A stretch of 63,769 bases of DNA, counting the filler, from Octopus bimaculoides (Eukaryota), in assembly GCF_001194135.2 (NCBI RefSeq). It is 10 parts of 9 records of this genome, joined end to end, with 100 filler letters (N's around TTAATTAATTAA, not from the genome) between each part and the next. Parts side by side here need not be neighbours in the genome. Positions count along the whole stretch, not along the records: positions 22,664 to 30,943 come from NC_068996.1; positions 31,044 to 41,879 come from NC_068982.1; 8 more parts are not named here. One strand, given 5' to 3'. The position numbers were made by a program, and so were the translations under genes. This document shows positions 24,998 to 39,640 of the stretch, piece after piece (position 1 is the stretch's first letter; each line of letters starts with the position of its first letter). Under the pieces are notes generated by a model. The model did no database searches. It saw nothing but the letters and a program-made list of their open reading frames with translations, and was not told the origin of the DNA.

Positions 24998-25806
24998 GGA
25001 ATTATATATATATATATATATATATACGACCGGTTTCTTTCAGATTACCAAATCCACTAACAAGGCTTTGGTCGGCCCGAGACTATAACAGAAGACACTT
25101 GCTCAAGGTGTCACGCAGTGGGACTGAATCCGGAATCATGTGGTTGAGAAGCAAGCTTCTTGTGTGTGCAGTTTCGTTTTATGTCAGTATGCCTCCTGCA
25201 TATGCGTCCTGTATGTATGTTGCATGAGCATGCATTACTTTTTGTATTTGTTCATGTGTGTGTCTGCATGTATCTGTGTATGTGTGTACATGTACATATG
25301 TGTGCTTGCGTCAATTCTTATACCATATGTAACCCGGTGTTAGAGTAAGCGGTGAGGTGGGTGGCAACTGGTGTTTGAAGTAAATTAATTAATAAATATA
25401 AAATAGATGATTGTGGCGGCTGTAAAGGACGATGGGGGTGAACGATTAAGCATGGGTGGGCGATGGTGCACGGATGGGCGATTTGGGGGTGGGTGGATGA
25501 TAGCAGGAGTGAACGATAGTGGGGCGTGGGCGATGGTGGGGATGGACGATGGTGAGGGTGGATGAACTTTGAGGCGAGGACGATGGGGCGGGGGTGATGG
25601 AAGATGGTGGAAGTGGATAATGTTGGAGTGGATGAAGGTGGGGAGTTGTGGACGACGAACGGGTGGACAATCTTGGTGGGGGTAGGTGGAAGATAGGAGA
25701 TGTTGCTTGGAGGAATGAGAATAGTGGTGGGGATGGTGGATTATGTGGTTTCGTGATTCTGAATAACTTAATGATGAAGCATGATGGTAGTGAATTAGGG
25801 AAGGGA

Positions 25807-26180
25807 CTAGGAAGAGAGTGCGAGAAGAAACACACACACGCATACATACACACACACACATACACACACACACACATGCATACCCACACACACAGACATA
25901 CATGCACGCACACACGCACACACACATACACACACACACGCATACACACACACGCATACACACACGCGCATACACACACACACGCATACACACACACGCA
26001 TACACACACACACATACACGAACATAGAGATATACACAGACACATACACGTATGCACGCGCTAATATGCATACATATAGATATGAAACAAAGAAACAGCT
26101 CATACATATCTGTGTACGTACGTGAGATTCTAAGTGTGTGTATGTGTGTACATGTATGTATATATATATGTGTGTGTGTG

Positions 26181-26249
<69 letters not shown>

Positions 26250-26453
26250 TACACACGAACACAACAGCTGAAACTCTTCAGAGAAGCCCTTCCTTATACA
26301 TGCGTGCATACATACATACATACATACATACATACATGCATACATACATACATACATACACAGATACATATACAGATACATACACGCATACATACGTGCT
26401 TACATACATACACGTATACATATATATATATATATATGTATACATATATATAC

Positions 26454-26509
<56 letters not shown>

Positions 26510-26600
26510 GTATACATACACGCGTGCGCGCGCACACGCACATATATTTACATATATACATATACATACATGCATATTTATGCAGATAAAAAAGGCATAT
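25807..26600. repeat. Compound (CA)n/(TA)n/(CATA)n microsatellite block, representative of dozens in the window
   Basis: Direct inspection; source of the HT/YI/CV pseudo-ORFs. Confidence 0.98.
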
Positions 26601-26772
26601 GTATGTGTTTGCGTTTGTGCGTGTGTGCGTGTGTGCGTGCTGTATTGATTGATTGACTTACAGATGGAGAGTTTGACATATTTATCCTCAAAATATCTAG
26701 AAGGAACAAGACCCTTTTATACACCCAGTTTCTTATTCGCAATATCTACTTCGCCCCTCTCTCCTTTCCATC

Positions 26773-26823
<51 letters not shown>

Positions 26824-27493
26824 CCTCTCTCTCTCTCTCTCTCTCCGGTATCAAAATTGTAATGATTTCCAGACGACAACTGAGGAAGGAATTAGGGTTG
26901 TACGGTTCGTTTGTAGTATTTTCCTTTTGTTTTCAACCAAATTTCTTTGTAGACACCCCCACTCTCTTTCTCTTTGTCTCATATACAAACACAAACACAC
27001 ATATGCATCTATACACATACATATGTGTGTGCGTACACCTGTCTATCTACATATACGTATATATATATGTATATATGTATATAAGTATGTCTATCTATCT
27101 ATCGGTGTGTGTGTGTATGCTTGTATGTATGTGTGAGTGTGTGCACTTACGATATGCTTATCAATACATGTGTATATATGATGTATGTACGCGCGTGCCC
27201 CCTTTCATACTAATGTGTTCTCACGAGATATCGACCTTTTCAGCACCTCAAAGTCTTAATATCAACCACACTAACCTGACCCCACGACCGACCAAACTTT
27301 CACTCTCAATACAGCTATGGACACAGCTCCGACCTCTTCGAATTAACATACTCACCATCCCACCCACGCTTCCACAACAAACGCAACAAAAACTAAAAAT
27401 ACACAAACGCACACGAATAGACACAAATATACAGACACGCACACAGACACACACACAGGCAAGTATACACATACAAAAGACAAACCTACATAC

Positions 27494-27572
<79 letters not shown>

Positions 27573-29419
27573 NNNNNNNNNNNNNNNNNNNNNNNNNNNN
27601 NNNNNNNNNNNNNNNNNNNNNNNNNNNNNNNNNNNNNNNNNNNNNNNNNNNNNNNNNNNNNNNNNNNNNNNNNNNNNNNNNNNNNNNNNNNNNNNNNNNN
27701 NNNNNNNNNNNNNNNNNNNNNNNNNNNNNNNNNNNNNNNNNNNNNNNNNNNNNNNNNNNNNNNNNNNNNNNNNNNNNNNNNNNNNNNNNNNNNNNNNNNN
27801 NNNNNNNNNNNNNNNNNNNNNNNNNNNNNNNNNNNNNNNNNNNNNNNNNNNNNNNNNNNNNNNNNNNNNNNNNNNNNNNNNNNNNNNNNNNNNNNNNNNN
27901 NNNNNNNNNNNNNNNNNNNNNNNNNNNNNNNNNNNNNNNNNNNNNNNNNNNNNNNNNNNNNNNNNNNNNNNNNNNNNNNNNNNNNNNNNNNNNNNNNNNN
28001 NNNNNNNNNNNNNNNNNNNNNNNNNNNNNNNNNNNNNNNNNNNNNNNNNNNNNNNNNNNNNNNNNNNNNNNNNNNNNNNNNNNNNNNNNNNNNNNNNNNN
28101 NNNNNNNNNNNNNNNNNNNNNNNNNNNNNNNNNNNNNNNNNNNNNNNNNNNNNNNNNNNNNNNNNNNNNNNNNNNNNNNNNNNNNNNNNNNNNNNNNNNN
28201 NNNNNNNNNNNNNNNNNNNNNNNNNNNNNNNNNNNNNNNNNNNNNNNNNNNNNNNNNNNNNNNNNNNNNNNNNNNNNNNNNNNNNNNNNNNNNNNNNNNN
28301 NNNNNNNNNNNNNNNNNNNNNNNNNNNNNNNNNNNNNNNNNNNNNNNNNNNNNNNNNNNNNNNNNNNNNNNNNNNNNNNNNNNNNNNNNNNNNNNNNNNN
28401 NNNNNNNNNNNNNNNNNNNNNNNNNNNNNNNNNNNNNNNNNNNNNNNNNNNNNNNNNNNNNNNNNNNNNNNNNNNNNNNNNNNNNNNNNNNNTATGTATG
28501 TATATATATATATGTATGTATGTATGTATGTATATATGTGTGTGTATGTATGTGTGCGTATGTATGTGTGTATATATATGTGTGTATGTGTATGTATATG
28601 TGTATGAGAAAACTCCAAAGAAACGGTCTTGTTCTACGTTGGTAAGGCAAATACATACATGCGAACATGTATTAATACACACACACACATACATACATAC
28701 ATACAAACATCTCCCCCACATATATATCAAAAATAAAAAAAAAAGAACCTAAATTATTTGGGGTTAGATCCATCGTGAAATAAGCTCACACCTCCTCCAT
28801 TGATTTCGTCACAGTAAGCAACGACCAGCCAAACTCAAAAACCAACCAATCAAGCGGCCAACCAGCAATTCTCGTCCCGCTCCTCTCTTTCTTTTTGGCC
28901 GTGAATACAATGAACCATCTTTTATCAAATCCGTCATCTGAAGAAATCTGAAGTACTTTAAGGCATATGGTAGGGGCAAACTCGCTGATCGATAGGCCAC
29001 CACCATACAGCACCATAGAATAACAATGCTCTACATGACAAACATACCTCTTCAGTTTCGTTCCATCCTTTATTTCTATTATTATTTATTCATTCATCTA
29101 TCGATATTATTAATTATTTTTATTATTTTTAAAATTATTTTTTTATAGTTTATATTGCTGTATTCTCGTGTTTTTTTTTGTTGTTTCTGTTTGTTTGCTT
29201 GTTAAGAGGTTTAACCCTATTACTTTACACCGCCTCTTTGTACTCTTAGATTTATGGTCCACCGAAGGAGGAGCTGCTTTCTAATGCAGTCACTCGACCT
29301 GTTAGAAATAGCAGCCAATTTCCCTTAAGTTACATCCTTACAAACTTGCAAAGGTAAGAATAATCTGTTAGCCGTCTATTTGAAACCGAATCACCCTCTC
29401 CCTCGAAGCCCCATCCCCA

Positions 29420-29453
<34 letters not shown>

Positions 29454-31672
29454 AACAACAACAACAACAATAACGGACAAACAAAAACAGGTGATACAGT
29501 TTTGATGGTGGGGATGTTGGTGATGATGGTGATGATGGTGATGATAATGATGGTATTGAGGTGTTGGTTTTGATGATGATGTTGGTAGTGATGGCGATAG
29601 TGGTGATGCTGGAGGTGGTGATGGTGTTGTTGTTGTTGGTGGTGGTGGTGACGATGGAGATGATGGTGTTGGTAACGGAGGTGAAGGCGGTGGTGGTGGT
29701 GCCTTACCTTTAATTATTCAATTGCTTTATTTATTTATTTATTTATTTTCATATTTCTCCCGATTTTTCTTATTTTAACCTTTCCACGTGCTTTTGTATC
29801 TTTTGTTTCTCTAATTACTTTTGTCCTCCTCCTCCTCTTCCCCATCCTCCTCCCCATCCTATTCCCCTCCACCCTCCTCCTCCTTTTCTTCTTCCCACTT
29901 TCTGAAACCAACCTTACTCTCTACTTCTCTCAACTCATTCTCCTCCTCCCTCTACCCTCTGTTTCTTCTGTTTCTCTTACTCGTTCTCATCCTCACATCT
30001 CGTTCCTTCCTCTGAATCTCGTCACCCCACCTCCTCCCTCTCTTTATCTGTGATTGGATCAGGTTTTGGACGTGACACAGCATAAATAGCCTCTTCAGAC
30101 TTTTGAAGGATCGGTATCCACAACCAGCACCAACACCAGCAGCTCCACCATTACCGTCACGCTAACCCTAACCCACCATCACCTCCAGCACAGCCATCAC
30201 CACCACCGACTCTCCCCTACCTTCTTGACAGACAAGGTCTGTGTTTGTTTTAAAAACTAATTTATTTGTTGGTAGAAAGTTGTTTGTCTGGTGACAAACT
30301 GGTATAATCAGAAAAAGGAAAGAGAGAAAGAAAGAGAGAGAGAAGGTGAGAGAGGGGGAGAGTGAGAGAGGGAGGGAGAGAGAGTGAGAGAGAAAAGGAG
30401 AGAGATAGACAGACACACAGATAAGTAGAAAAACGGGGAGGGAAAGGGAGGGAGGGAAAGATAGAAAGAGAGCAACGAAAAAGATAGAGGAAGAAATGGG
30501 AGAGATAGAGAATTTAAGATTTAATGTAAGTGTAAAGGAAAGGAAAAAAAGAAAGAGAGAAGGTGGGGAAGGGAAGGTGGTGGAATTTATTAGAAAAGTG
30601 AGAAAGATCCCAATTCCTGATATTATCTGTGTATTGATATAATAGATATTCAAATTTGAAGCAGACTTGGCGTAGAGAGAGGGCACGTCATCGCTAAGAT
30701 TGTGATTAGGGACGAAAAAACTTTGACAAACTGACTAATTAACTGGGTGATTAAGCAAACAAATTAATTTGTGATTTGGCTAAATAATTAACCAATTGAC
30801 TGGTTATAAAGAAGTGAAGTTGAACCAGTACTGGCGTTTAATATTGGCGTTATGACCGTCCCAAGATACAGCAAAATGTTTCAACATATCAATTCACATA
30901 AAAAATCTTGCAAAACAAATACACACACACACACACACACACANNNNNNNNNNNNNNNNNNNNNNNNNNNNNNNNNNNNNNNNNNNNTTAATTAATTAAN
31001 NNNNNNNNNNNNNNNNNNNNNNNNNNNNNNNNNNNNNNNNNNNTATATATATATATATACGACAGGCACCTTTCAGTTACCATCTGCCAAATCCACTCAC
31101 AAAGTTTTGGTCGGCCCGAGGCTATAGTAGAAGACACTTGCCCAAGATGCCAAGCAGTACGACTGAACCTGGCACCATAGGTTGGGAAGCACACACTCAC
31201 GCCTGCGCCTAATATAATTTTCTTTTTTTTTTCCTTTAGTAAAAGGAAAATATATGTGTGTGTATGTACATATAATACATATACACGATAGAAAGGTGAG
31301 TCGCAGTGAGCTGCCAACGGAAACGGAAGTTTGTAAACATGATATACATTTCCCATAATCCCACGTATATCAACTTTATGTAAATTTCGGCCTGTAGTGG
31401 TTCAGCAGAAAGTATATACTCACACAACTAATGCTTAATAATTATATCTGATTTACCACCTTAGTAGTTATTAACTTAATAATTAATAACTAATAAAATT
31501 AAATAATACCTCTCTTAATTCAATTGCGCTATGTGAAGGTTAATGAGAATTAAATGAGAATTTAAACCTCATTTACCTTGAGTATCCTTAATTTTAGGAA
31601 TGATTTGAATCAAATATCCATCTGTAGCTCTGCTAGTGGCTTCCTGTTTGCCTTGTATTACATATAAAAATG

Positions 31673-31977
31673 TGGAGGCGCAATGGCCCAGTGGTTAGGG
31701 CAGCGGACTCGCGGTCATAGGATCGCGGTTTCGATTCCCAGACCGGGTGTTGTGAATGTTTATTGAGCGAAAACACCTAAAAGTTCCACGAAGCTCCGGC
31801 AGGGGATGGTGGCGAACCCTGCTGTACTCTTTCACCACAACTTTCTCTCACTCTTACTTCCTGTTTCTGTTGTGCCTGTAATTCAAAGGGTCAGCCTTGT
31901 CACACTGTGTCACGCTGAATATCCCCGAGAATTACGTTAAAGGTACACGTGTCTGTGGAGTGCTCAGCCACTTGCAC
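31673..31977 (+). mobile_element. SINE family A (tail lost in gap)
   Basis: Homologous to the 33586 copy. Confidence 0.92.
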
Positions 31978-32921
31978 NNNNNNNNNNNNNNNNNNNNNNN
32001 NNNNNNNNNNNNNNNNNNNNNNNNNNNNNNNNNNNNNNNNNNNNNNNNNNNNNNNNNNNNNNNNNNNNNNNNNNNNNNNNNNNNNNNNNNNNNNNNNNNN
32101 NNNNNNNNNNNNNNNNNNNNNNNNNNNNNNNNNNNNNNNNNNNNNNNNNNNNNNNNNNNNNNNNNNNNNNNNNNNNNNNNNNNNNNNNNNNNNNNNNNNN
32201 NNNNNNNNNNNNNNNNNNNNNNNNNNNNNNNNNNNNNNNNNNNNNNNNNNNNNNNNNNNNNNNNNNNNNNNNNNNNNNNNNNNNNNNNNNNNNNNNNNNN
32301 NNNNNNNNNNNNNNNNNNNNNNNNNNNNNNNNNNNNNNNNNNNNNNNNNNNNNNNNNNNNNNNNNNNNNNNNNNNNNNNNNNNNNNNNNNNNNNNNNNNN
32401 NNNNNNNNNNNNNNNNNNNNNNNNNNNNNNNNNNNNNNNNNNNNNNNNNNNNNNNNNNNNNNNNNNNNNNNNNNNNNNNNNNNNNNNNNNNNNNNNNNNN
32501 NNNNNNNNNNNNNNNNNNNNNNNNNNNNNNNNNNNNNNNNNNNNNNNNNNNNNNNNNNNNNNNNNNNNNNNNNNNNNNNNNNNNNNNNNNNNNNNNNNNN
32601 NNNNNNNNNNNNNNNNNNNNNNNNNNNNNNNNNNNNNNATATATATATATATATATACGACGGGCTTCTTTCAGTTTCCGTCTACCAAATCTACTCAGAA
32701 GGCTTTGGTCGGCCCGAGGCTATGGTAGAAGACACTTTCCCTAGGGATCAATCAGTCGGACTGAACCTAGAACCATGTGCACCTATGTATAGTAATAAAA
32801 TGTAACTGATTACTGTTGTGTATGCGTATGGAGTGCTATTTTTCTCTAGGAATTTGTCTGGTCTCTTCTTTCGTCTTTTAGCTTCTTATTCAAATAGTTG
32901 ATACTCACATACAGACCCATA

Positions 32922-33141
32922 CAGGGTTGGCTAAATGTCACCTGACAATAAATCAAAACCATTTAATTCCAAGATTTATTTATGTTTAACAACTGAATGA
33001 ATTTAATAAAAGTATCTAAACATGAAACATCATGAATTTGTTCAAACTGAGGGACACATTTTTCCATTCAAGTCAATACAGAATTACGGGTAATATTTAT
33101 GGAATTTTGATTTACTGTCAGGTGACTTTTGGCCAATCCTG
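32922..33141. mobile_element. Tc1/mariner-type MITE, 220 bp
   Basis: ~37-bp TIRs (CAGGGTTGGCTAAATGTCACCTGACA.TAAATCAAAA and its reverse complement), flanked by TA on both sides. Confidence 0.85.
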
Positions 33142-33585
33142 TACATACATGCATTTATCCAGTTATATATACTCATATACGCATGTACTGTTGCTCATAA
33201 TCGCAATTATGCAGGAACTCACATAAATGTCGAAGAGTAAGCTATCAACTTGTTTCTGAATCCCTTTGCGTAATAAGTTTAAAACCGTGATGAGCTGGAA
33301 TTGAACTCAATACTGAAAATTCATAGATTGCTACTGTACACTTGCAACACACACCGATGAACTTTTCCTACTCATGTTGTTTTACATTTAATTAATCGAT
33401 GAAGGAAAAGTTGATTCTCCATTGTAAGAAAGCGCAAGGAACGCTGATACGATTGTTTCACCCTGAATCACCCTTGGCGGGGCCGATCTATAACCAAAGA
33501 CATTTCAGCTGTACCCAAAGCGTCATATGAAGAAACATATTATCTAATGTAAATTAGCCGCCTTACTATAGTGTACTATACTGAG

Positions 33586-33965
33586 TGGAGGCGCAATGGC
33601 CCAGTGGTTAGGACAGCGGACTCGCGTTCATAGGATCGCGGTTTCGATTCCCAGACCGGGCGTTGTGAGTGTTTATTGAGCGAAAACACCTAAAGCTCCA
33701 CAAGGATCAGGCAGGGTATGGTGGCGAACCCTGTTGTACTCTTTCACCACAACTTTCTCTCACTCTTACTTCCTGTTTCTGTTGTACATTTAATTCAAAG
33801 GGTCAGCCTTATCACACCGTGTCACGCTGAATATCCCCGAGAATTACGTTAAGGGTACACGTGTCTGTGGAGTGCTCAGCCACATGCACGTTAATTTCAC
33901 GAGCAGGCTGTTCCGTTGATCGGATCAATTGGAATCCTCGACGTCGCAGGCGACGGAGTGCCAAC
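33586..33965 (+). mobile_element. tRNA-derived SINE family A, full length, with 10-bp TSD ACTATACTGA
   Basis: A/B-box head TGGCCCAGTGGTTAGG..GGTTTCGATTCCC; TSD at 33575-33584 and 33966-33975. Confidence 0.92.
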
Positions 33966-34724
33966 ACTATACTGAATTTTATCACAGTTCTCCGTTGTTC
34001 TCAGGGAAAAAAAACATTGCAGTATTTCAACAGTTTATTTAGTTATTATTTTCTCTTTAGTGATACGTGATCTAGGACAGACCAGTAAATATTTTTCAAT
34101 TTTTCAGTTGCTTTCCTGTAGGCTCACCGTATCTTCATAAAAGACTCACGGTTTTGAAAAAAAATATGAACACTTTTACATCTTGTACTACTTCATCAAA
34201 TGTTTACAACATCTGCAAGAAAGAAAGAAAGAAAGAAATTAATGTCTGTCGAATATTGTATTTATTCATTGATCAAATTTACTGTCATACCTTTTTCCAC
34301 TCTGATACGGTTGTGGAAATAAAATATTTGATATGAAATATTTTGCCAAAATAAACCAAAACCTATTCGAATGATGAACAACAATTACATTAACCAGCAG
34401 GTAGAAGAAACATCGTCGCTGCACCATAACAACTACAACAATAATAGGTTATTACGATGAACGCGATTATCGTCATTATTGTGATAATGATCATCATTAT
34501 TATCATTATTAAATCGGTGAGCTGGCTGAATCGTTAGCACTCTGAGTAAAATGTTTAGCGGCATTTCGTCCGTCTTTACATTCCGAGTTCAAAGTCCGCT
34601 GAGGTCGACTTCGCTTTTTATCCTTTCGGGATCGATGAAATAAGTACCAGTTACGCACTGGTGTCGATATAATCGACTAATCCCTCCATTTAAATTTCAG
34701 GCCTTGTACCTATAGTAGACCTAT

Positions 34725-34774
<50 letters not shown>

Positions 34775-36463
34775 CATAATTGCTACTTTCAGCAACGACA
34801 CTATCTACCAACTAGGAAGCACCTACATAGCAACTCTGTCTGCTAGTGTTGCATCCAGATTACGCCACCATTAAAGAAGAAGAAAAAAAAAATTTGTTTA
34901 TGCAACTAGGGATATCCTCTAACTGAAAAACATAGAGATAGTCATAGTTTGAATACATTTGAGCCTTTGATCATAAGTCTAATCGATCAAAGCCTTGAAC
35001 TAAAAGCAGCAACAACAAAGACTATAACATTTTATAGCAGAAAATATTATACTATTCAAACAACAAATGGTTTTAAATATTTGACACAAGGACAACAATT
35101 TCGTGGGGAAGGTTAAGTCGATTAAATCGACTCCAGTGTTCAACTGGCATTTATTTTATCGACCTCCAAAGGATGAAAGCAAAGTCGACCTCGGTGGAAT
35201 TTGAACCCAGAAAATGAAGACGGACGAAATGCTGCTAAGAATTATGCCCGGCGTGCTAACAATCCTGCTGGTTTCCGCCTTTTTCAAGCAACAAATATTG
35301 GTGAGATGAGAATGGTGAGTACTATGTATAGTACATTTGCTATTCAGTATTGTCCAGTTACTATTCAAAATCAATTTATTCCATTTCTACTGACGATCAT
35401 CTCTAATTTCCAGTGAAAGTAAGTGAAAATAAAATGGCTGAATTTGTAAATTCCACGAGCAATATAGCGAAAGCATTTTAGAAATGGCCACTGAGTTAAA
35501 GTAAAGCTTTGACTAATTTACCCAGACAAAATATTTCCTGTGGTTGTTAAACATTTGTGTTAACTTTGAATGCGTAGATTTGAGACCAAAACCATTCCAG
35601 TTGTGATAATCCTGTGTATTTTTCAGGCACAGTGAAATCCTGTCTACATTGAACACTGTTTCTGTTCATCCTTTTCTTAGTCATAAAAATTAAAAGCAGT
35701 ACGCACGACTCTCTTCGGGACTCCAAAAATGATGGAAGTGGGGGAAACTATCCTCAGACCCGAGGCCGATTCTGAATGCTTGTAGCAGAGTGGATTCTGC
35801 TGAAAGTATCCAAGAAACAGGCGAAGAGGTGTTAAGTTTACAAATCAAGAATAGGGAAGATTTCCGTCTATAAAATTTCACTCATAAAGCTTTGGTTAGC
35901 TCAAGGCTATGGTCGAAGAGACTTGCCGTTCATGCTATACAATGGGATTAAACTCGAAATTATGAAGTAGAGAAGCAAATTTCGTGACCGTACAACCTTA
36001 CATTCTTGGGGGGTTTTTTGTAAGGGGTATATTTGACTACTATTTCTAGCAGACCGATTGATCATGTGGAGACATCGTCTACAGCTTCAGAAATATTTTG
36101 TTTGTTTGCTTGAGCCGGCGCTGTTCTTAAGTTTAGTGTTATTAGAATCGGCAAATAGAACTTTCCACAATGTGGTATGTCTCCATCAATTTAAAAGTTG
36201 CGTTCCAATGTAAATCACAATCACTTCCAATTCTTTTCTGCGTCAGCAATGCAAAGCAAGACAGCTTTTCTGAAATCCCAGCAGGCGGTGAACGAAGCAT
36301 GAAGTTTCACATGAATAATGTAAAGAGATTTCTCATTCTAAATCCAGACATCTTGAACTTCAATAAATGATTTATATCAGACTTCAGTCAACTTGTCATA
36401 AACAATAATTGACTCACAGGCAGAATGTCTCAGCTAACAAGCTTGTGGTTTTGCTGTTTACAG

Positions 36464-36564
36464 ATAGAAAAGGACGTTATTCAATTGATGGGACTCGAGA
36501 GGTGGTATTTCAGGATATTAAACACGAGTACATGAATGTCTTTAAAAAGACGCCCGAAATATAA
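36464..36564 (+). CDS. Candidate orphan terminal exon (D)RKGRYSIDGTREVVFQDIKHEYMNVFKKTPEI*
   Basis: TTTTGCTGTTTACAG acceptor, protein-like open frame to TAA, AATAAA at 36576. No upstream exons firmly linked. Confidence 0.3.
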
Positions 36565-36714
36565 TTCTTCTTCACAATAAATAAATATTATCGAAAATTT
36601 AATTTAAGAAAAGGAAAAATTATTATTAGTATTATTATTTTCATTTACTTAACTACAGCTAATCCTCTGAAATAACTAAAAAAGGAAATAAATTGACTGA
36701 ATTGTTATCACATC

Positions 36715-37283
36715 GGACAAAATTCCGGGCAGTAATTCTTCCAATTCGACCGAGGTAAACTATACCTTTTATTCTTTCGGGGTCGCATTAGGGTCGATAT
36801 AATCGATTTACCCCTTCGCTGAAAACTGCTGTCCTTGTGCCAAAATTTAAAAAATACATATTATTATTACTATTCGGAAGGCGATGAGCTGGCAGAATCG
36901 CTAGCGCGGCGGATATGGCGCTTTGTGGCATTTCTTCCGGCTATTTATGTTCTCGGGAGTTCAAATTCCGTCAGGATCAATTTAGTCTTTTATCCTTTCA
37001 GGATTAATGAAATGAGTACTAGTTCAGCGCTGTGTCGATATACTCGACTATCCCCCCCCCCTCCTATTCCAAATTTTCAGGCAGAGTCGTTAGCACGCCA
37101 GGTGAAATGCTTAGCAGTGTTTCGTCTATCTTCACGTTCTGAGTTCAAATTCCGCCGAGGTCGACTTTGCCTTTCATCCTTTCGGGGTCAATAAATTAAG
37201 TACCAGTGAAACACTGGGGTCGATGTAATCGACTAGTCCCCTCCCCCAAAATTTCAAGACCTTCTGTCTTCAGTAGAAAAGAT
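36715..37283 (+). mobile_element. Tandem cluster of about three family-B SINE copies
   Basis: Repeated GAGTTCAAATTCCG..GAGGTCGACTTTGCCTTTCATCCTTTC modules. Confidence 0.8.
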
Positions 37284-37303
37284 TATTATTATTATTATTA
37301 TTG

Positions 37304-37955
37304 TTCAGTAGTTTTATTTTTATAACGTGCTTTCACTTCACTACCGAGCGCAGCTCTGTGTGCCTTGGGTATGTGCTGTGGTTTGCTGTGATGCTCTTAT
37401 GGTTACTGTATTGAAAATGTTTTGCCTAGGATGTGTGCAGTGCCCAGTAGTGCAATTTTCTATATGTTATGTATATTTGTAAGTCCTGGTGTTTTTGTTA
37501 TGTATTTGTCTGAATATTTTTTTATGATACCTAAGGCACCTACTATGATACGAATTGTTTCTGTTTTTAGATTCCACACTCGAGTTACCTCAGTTTCCAG
37601 GTTTTTGTATTTTGAAAGTTTTTCCATTTCTTTTAGGGAAACGTTGTCATCTGCTGGTATTGATACATCAATTAGAAAGCATTTTTTCTTCATGATCTTT
37701 GACAACTATATCTGGTCTATTTGCCTTAATTTCTCTATCTGTGTGTATTGGCATATCCCAGAGTATGGTTGCTTTCTCGTTTTCTGTGACCTTTTCTGGC
37801 GTGTGTTTATACCATCTTTTTTCTGTTGTTATTCCATAGTGTTGACATAGCTTCCAGTGTATATAGGTCCCAGCTCTGTCGTGTCTGTGAATATATTCCT
37901 TCTTAGCCAGGACTGGGCAGCCAGAGATAATATGATTTATTGTTTCTTGTCCATC
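37304..37955 (-). mobile_element. Dong/R4-clade LINE 3' end with RLE domain, ending on (AAT)n
   Basis: ETINHIISGCPVLAKKEYIHRHD..ILWDMPIHTDREIKANRPDIVVKD / CFLIDVSIP..EKLSKY..IIVGALG; 3' UTR abuts the TAA array at 37284-37303. Confidence 0.92.
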
Positions 37956-39409
37956 TNNNNNNNNNNNNNNNNNNNNNNNNNNNNNNNNNNNNNNNNNNNN
38001 NNNNNNNNNNNNNNNNNNNNNNNNNNNNNNNNNNNNNNNNNNNNNNNNNNNNNNNNNNNNNNNNNNNNNNNNNNNNNNNNNNCTTCTTCTTCTTCTTCTT
38101 CTTCTTCTTCTTCTTCTTCTTCTTCTTCTTCTTCTTCTTCTTCTGGCAGAAACGTTAGCACGCCGGGTGAAATGCTTAGCGGCATTTCGTCCATCTTTAC
38201 ATTCTGAATTCAAATTCCGCCGAGGTCGACTTTGCCTTTCATCCTACCAGAATCGATAAAATAAGTACTAGTGAAACATCGGGGTTGATGTAATTGACAA
38301 GGTCCCTCCCCTTCCCCACCCCAATTTCATGTCTGTGCTTTTAGTAGAAAGGATTATCATAATTATTACGCGCACTTATCTAGGCCGGAAATACATGAGA
38401 ATATAGGTATTTAGACTAGGCACTTCAGTCCAGTCAACAATTTGGGAATTGACAGATGGCCTAAAACTCTCAACTGAATGATGAACTTCATAAGCATATG
38501 GTGCCGGATCGTTTATTTTACTGAACCTCAAAAAGATCAAATACGTCCAATAGAATTTGAACTTAGAATGCAAAGGAACGTAAGTATATGTGTATCAGTT
38601 AGACTGACACTACCTTTTCTGCATTTCACTAACGTTTACCTTTAAAATAATAACTATAACACGTTATAATATATAACAATAAGCTGCAGATCGACCTCCA
38701 GCTATATAGCTAACACAACCTACATACATTCACGTCACAGCCTTTCAACATACATACAAATGCATGTGCACACAAACACGCTGATTTATCCACATATTCA
38801 TTTATATTATCCGTTTATATACTTACATGAGTGTGTATGTAGGTAAAGGTAAAGTTATTGTTTTTAATAAGGGTTTTTATTTTGACTTTTTATATCCGTT
38901 ACCTACATTGGGTAGAGCTGATATTTCAGTACATTGACACGAGTTTGAGTCCTCAGTTAACTAAATAAATGCAGTTAAGCCTAGCACCATAACTAATTGG
39001 AAGTAAAAACAGCTAAGATGCGGTCAGCATACAGCGGAATAAATATACACCTTGCCGGGTATTATCTGTCCTCAAACGTATTTTTATAGCGATATGGCGT
39101 CGAGTATAAATTTATAGTAAGCAATAAAGATTGTCACACACAGCCTTTATATTTAGAATTGGTAAAATCACCACCGTTCTCCAATACTCCGTATCTGGCG
39201 TTAAAATACTAAAAAGACGTGAATCATCATTGATGGGTGTTTAGCTTTTAACTTTAGCCAGATTCCAGATATGAACTCAAGGTTCGTGCGAAGTTTCAGG
39301 TCTTAGTCCTAAGTCACAAGAACATAAAACAATCAAGAAATATTTTTTTTTACTAATTCACAGTAGACCATAATAAGGATCATGTATAACGATGGAAAAT
39401 ATTATTATT

Positions 39410-39537
39410 TATCATCATCATCATCGTCGTCGTCGTCGTCGTCTTCGTCACGGCTGCTGCTGCTGTTGTTGTTGTTGTTGTTCTTCTTCTTCTTCTTCTT
39501 TTTTTTTCTTCTTCTTCTTCTTCTTTTTCTTCTTCTT

Positions 39538-39569
<32 letters not shown>

Positions 39570-39640
39570 CTCTGTGGCTGATAAAAGAAATTATTATTAT
39601 TATTACTATCATCATCATTATTATTATTATTGCCTTTGCA
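39410..39640. repeat. Compound trinucleotide array (ATC)(GTC)(GCT)(GTT)(CTT)(ATT)
   Basis: Direct inspection; successive motifs mostly differ by one base. Confidence 0.95.

Noticed and set aside
25330-25800. G-rich degenerate (GAT/GGT) tract, with a His/Pro-rich antisense ORF
   Set aside because: Low-complexity decayed microsatellite; G-quadruplex potential is unsurprising.
34150-34215. Minus-strand segment with strong acceptor and GTGAGT donor
   Set aside because: Stops in all three frames; could only be a UTR or non-coding exon, with no evidence for either.
35414-35418. 5-nt microexon-like TTTCCAG|TGAAA|GTAAGT
   Set aside because: Not frame-preserving and no host gene established.
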